Source: Bacteroidia bacterium
GTDB lineage: Bacteria; Bacteroidota; Bacteroidia; AKYH767-A; OLB10
Assembly (NCBI GenBank): GCA_044448905.1
Contig: JBIOHJ010000002.1
Coordinates: 1 to 55,324, forward strand
DNA: 55,324 nt
Direction of reading: 5' to 3'
Numbering within the stretch: position 1 is the first letter of the stretch; each line of letters starts with the position of its first letter. Positions 52,733-55,324 of this stretch are shown here, piece by piece. The position numbers were made by a program, and so were the translations under genes. The notes below the pieces were generated by a model that worked only from the letters and a program-made list of their open reading frames with translations, had not been told where the DNA came from and ran no database searches.

Positions 52733-52757
52733 TGACAAAATTGATTTCGTTTTGTCA
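52733..52757. promoter_or_regulatory. perfect 8-bp inverted repeat TGACAAAA-N9-TTTTGTCA (candidate operator)
   Basis: Lies 54-78 nt upstream of the 51153-52679 start codon, inside a ~700-bp AT-rich divergent intergenic region. Confidence 0.35.
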
Positions 52758-53373
52758 ATTTAATCAAACAACTTACAGTTTTATAAATTCAATAAAGATT
52801 CATTGATTTGAGAAAAAAGCAATCAACGTAAATAGTAGAAATTATCATTGATTATTTTGAATCTATTCCAAAAGACCATTAATGAGAGGAGAAATAAATG
52901 CACTGATCAACCGTATTAATTACAACTTAAAATGCTTTTTTAGCTCTTTACAGTTTTAAAAAACATGATTATTTAAAAATCTTACACTTTATTTTTGAGA
53001 ATTCTGACCCCAAAAGGGAATTTTTAAAGCTCTTAAATACTATTCTGTCATTTCAATATTGCAAAACGGCCGATTCCCGTCATCTCTTTTTCTATCAACC
53101 CGGCTTGTCCTTAATTAACATTATATTGTTGGTATCTTGTATTGATTCATTGAGTCTCGCCTTAAGATTATTATCTAAGATTGCAAGGGTTATACCGGGT
53201 CGCGATATGCTTATACTTAATGCTTCTATATCATCGGGTTCAAGAATTAGTCTTTTTCAGCATTCAGTTCATCCAAAAAACTGAACAGGATTATGTCGAT
53301 TCACATTCTTCTTCATATATTAAATTAACAAACAACAAACAAATAATTTCTAAACTCTTAAAAAAAAACTATT

Positions 53374-54417
53374 ATGAAAAAAACAAAAAAACAATTTAGC
53401 ATGTTACGTGTTGCATTTTGCCTGTTGGCTTTAATCTGTACAGGATTCAATTATTCCAATGCCCAGCCTTACCAGGATAATGATTTTGATGGTTATGGTT
53501 CCACCATCACTGACCCGGGAGGTGTAGCCAATAATCTTGATTGCGATGACTTTTGCTCAACATGTTACCCGGGAGCTACGGAAATCCTGGACGGATTGGA
53601 TAATGATTGCGATTTCCTTATTGATAATGGCCTTATGACAGTGAATGTCGGTGCGGATGCAACCAGCCTTTTCGGGTATGCGGCCGGGCAGGATATATCA
53701 AGATCAGTCAGCATAAGCAACGGTTATCCTCCTTTTACTTATACCTGGACCATGGACCGCGCGCTCATTTGCAATTTTTTTAATTCTGCCGGTGACGAAT
53801 TGTTTTATGGTGGCACTTGCGCTAATAATATTTGCCCGGGATCGGGTTCTCCAGTATCAGCACCTTCATGCGATGGTTCAACCATTAATTGCCGTTTGCT
53901 TGCCAGCGCTACCGTTTGTGTTACTGTTACTGATGCACAGAATTCAACAGCATCTGACTGCTTCGTTATATTTGCTGAAGATGCACGGTGTCATAGCGGC
54001 AACAATTCAAAAATCAATGTTTGCCACAGCACCGGAAGCTCATCTAACCCATGGGTGCAGATTTGCATTAGCGAAAATGCATTGTCTGCTCACCTGAGTC
54101 ATAATGCAGGTGATTATGTTGGAATTTGCGATGCTCGCCTTGCTGGTAATGCTGACCAGGGTTCCGGTGAATTTGCAGTTAATCCAAATCCTTCCGCAGG
54201 CCAGTTTACAATTCAATACCACAGCGATGTTATTTCACAGCTTAGAATCAACGTTACTGATCTCGTTGGACAAGTTGTTTATCGTGAAAACGTAAGCGAT
54301 TTTTCAGGACATCTGAACAAACAGATTGATCTTGGCTTTTTGAGCGCTGGTATTTATATGATAAATATTGAAAATGGAAGCAATCAATCTTTCCGAAAAA
54401 TAATTTTGGAAAAATAG
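53374..54417 (+). CDS. Cys-rich T9SS type A sorting-domain protein with MopE-like putative metal-binding motif
   Basis: 347 aa with a signal peptide, DNDFDGYG...DCDD....YPGATEILDGLDNDCDFLIDNG, and the C-terminal NPNPSAGQFTIQ...VTDLVGQVVY...AGIYMINIENG CTD. Confidence 0.75.
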   Translation: MKKTKKQFSMLRVAFCLLALICTGFNYSNAQPYQDNDFDGYGSTITDPGGVANNLDCDDFCSTCYPGATEILDGLDNDCDFLIDNGLMTVNVGADATSLFGYAAGQDISRSVSISNGYPPFTYTWTMDRALICNFFNSAGDELFYGGTCANNICPGSGSPVSAPSCDGSTINCRLLASATVCVTVTDAQNSTASDCFVIFAEDARCHSGNNSKINVCHSTGSSSNPWVQICISENALSAHLSHNAGDYVGICDARLAGNADQGSGEFAVNPNPSAGQFTIQYHSDVISQLRINVTDLVGQVVYRENVSDFSGHLNKQIDLGFLSAGIYMINIENGSNQSFRKIILEK

Positions 54418-54495
54418 TAATTAATAATTCTGAGCTTCTTCCGGGTCTTTCGATTCTTACGAAGACCGGGGAAACACGGAAATTTACAGGATAAA

Positions 54496-54522
54496 CCGGG
54501 AACGTTGTTCCCGGTTTTTTTT
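54496..54522 (+). terminator. intrinsic terminator
   Basis: CCGGGAAC (54496-503) / GTTCCCGG (54507-14) pair perfectly with a 3-nt loop, followed by T8. Confidence 0.8.
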
Positions 54523-54847
54523 ATTGTATTCCAGTACTGTTCACATACTGAAGTACAGAATTCAGATGATGAAAGAAAGAATAATTGGTTTTAGCTGGTG
54601 ATAAAAGCAAATAGGTTGTAACCTGGCAGATGAAATAATAAATGCTATACGTTAGTACACTACATTTTAATGTGAGCAGCTTTTCTGTAACAAACCAAAA
54701 CGCTACAACGTCATAGTTTATGTAATTAAAATTTTAATGATAAGATTAACTTTCGTTTAACAAAGTTTAACCCAACGTTAACGAAAAATAAAAATATGGA
54801 ATGCAATTTTGCAATTAATTATTATTAACCAATTAAAAATAAAAAAA

Positions 54848-55324
54848 ATGAATGCTACAAAAAAAATCAAATCATTGTTTGCAGGAGCAACATGGATCCT
54901 GCTGGGTGTATTAATCACTTCTTCTGGTGTGAATGCGCAGGCTGTAATTAAAGGAGATGCGACAGAAGATGCAAAGCAGATGATAAAGGAACTGAATGAG
55001 AAAATGGCGGAAGCATTCCGCTCGGGTGACATGATAAAAGTTGCAGATTTTTATGCTGATGATGCAACCGTAATTATCCCGGGAGGAAAAAAAATTGAAG
55101 GCAGGAAAGCGATTTATGAATACCTCACTACGTTAAAAAATTCAAAAGAATTTAAAACAGAAGTAAGCGATGTAAACGGCAGCGGAAAAATGCTTTACCA
55201 GGTAGGAACAGTTACATTTACCGCTGATAAGAACGGAAGCCCCGAAACCTATTCATCTAACCAGGTGAAAGTATGGAAACGCGGTTCCGGGTGGGATTAT
55301 AAAATTTCAATTGACAGTTATAAT
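54848..55324 (+). CDS. SnoaL-like / DUF4440 (NTF2 fold) secreted protein, 3' end outside window
   Basis: Absent from the ORF track (no stop in window). ATG 54848 gives MNATKKIKSLFAGATWILLGVLITSSGVNAQA..., then ..LNEKMAEAFRSGDMIKVADFYADDATVIIPGGKKIEGRKAIYEYL..., typical of DUF4440. It is open for 159 codons to the window end. Confidence 0.7.
   Translation, partial: MNATKKIKSLFAGATWILLGVLITSSGVNAQAVIKGDATEDAKQMIKELNEKMAEAFRSGDMIKVADFYADDATVIIPGGKKIEGRKAIYEYLTTLKNSKEFKTEVSDVNGSGKMLYQVGTVTFTADKNGSPETYSSNQVKVWKRGSGWDYKISIDSYN

Noticed and set aside
53181-53399. 72-aa ORF in the long AT-rich intergenic region
   Set aside because: It starts at a non-ATG codon, is K/N/I-rich low-complexity sequence, and runs into the start of the 53374 gene in another frame. 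It is typical of a chance ORF in AT-rich DNA.
54778-55032. 84-aa minus-strand ORF
   Set aside because: It is antisense to the plus-strand SnoaL/DUF4440-like ORF, which has a clean signal peptide and family motifs.

Overview
This is a 55.3-kb chromosomal window from a low-GC member of the Bacteroidota. The evidence is type A and type B T9SS C-terminal sorting domains, PorP/SprF, TAnnTTTG -7 promoter boxes and many lipoprotein signals. I call 47 intact-looking CDS (two cut by the window edges), two frameshifted genes, one tiny gene relic and one tRNA-Ser(CGA). I found no rRNA, CRISPR, transposase or integrase. Blocks in order: (1) housekeeping genes (M61 peptidase, lpdA). (2) An exopolysaccharide locus: AsnB-like amidotransferase, GT4, Wza-like, Wzc-like tyrosine kinase, rfbC and a frameshifted WecA-like initiating transferase. 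(3) An orphan gene, an 8 x 21-bp array and two tandem paralogous T9SS cargo genes. (4) A DUF5686-like gene. (5) A six-gene inositol-lipid cluster: CDP-alcohol transferase, DUF4833-like, Aur1/PAP2-like, PhyH dioxygenase, inositol-1-P synthase and PgpA. (6) A glutamine amidotransferase and a lipoprotein. (7) A split transketolase interrupted by a VWA gene. (8) An ECF sigma module, an aminotransferase, an OmpR/HK pair, a CoA-binding protein, an MFS transporter, a GWxTD protein, a GT2 and a FAH-family protein. (9) A type-B T9SS adhesin / PorP-SprF / OmpA triad. (10) A SRPBCC/VOC/DUF1801 operon with a divergent frameshifted GlxA-AraC regulator. (11) A YadA-head-like surface-protein operon and more T9SS cargo. 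The most unusual signal is at sequence level. A family of degenerate arrays with an exact 7-nt period sits at start and stop codons and inside signal-peptide and CTD coding segments. Some arrays pair into long hairpins, and one hairpin encloses a relic of a four-helix-bundle (23S IVS / Avd-like) gene. All protein names come from motifs I read in the translations; no database search was possible.
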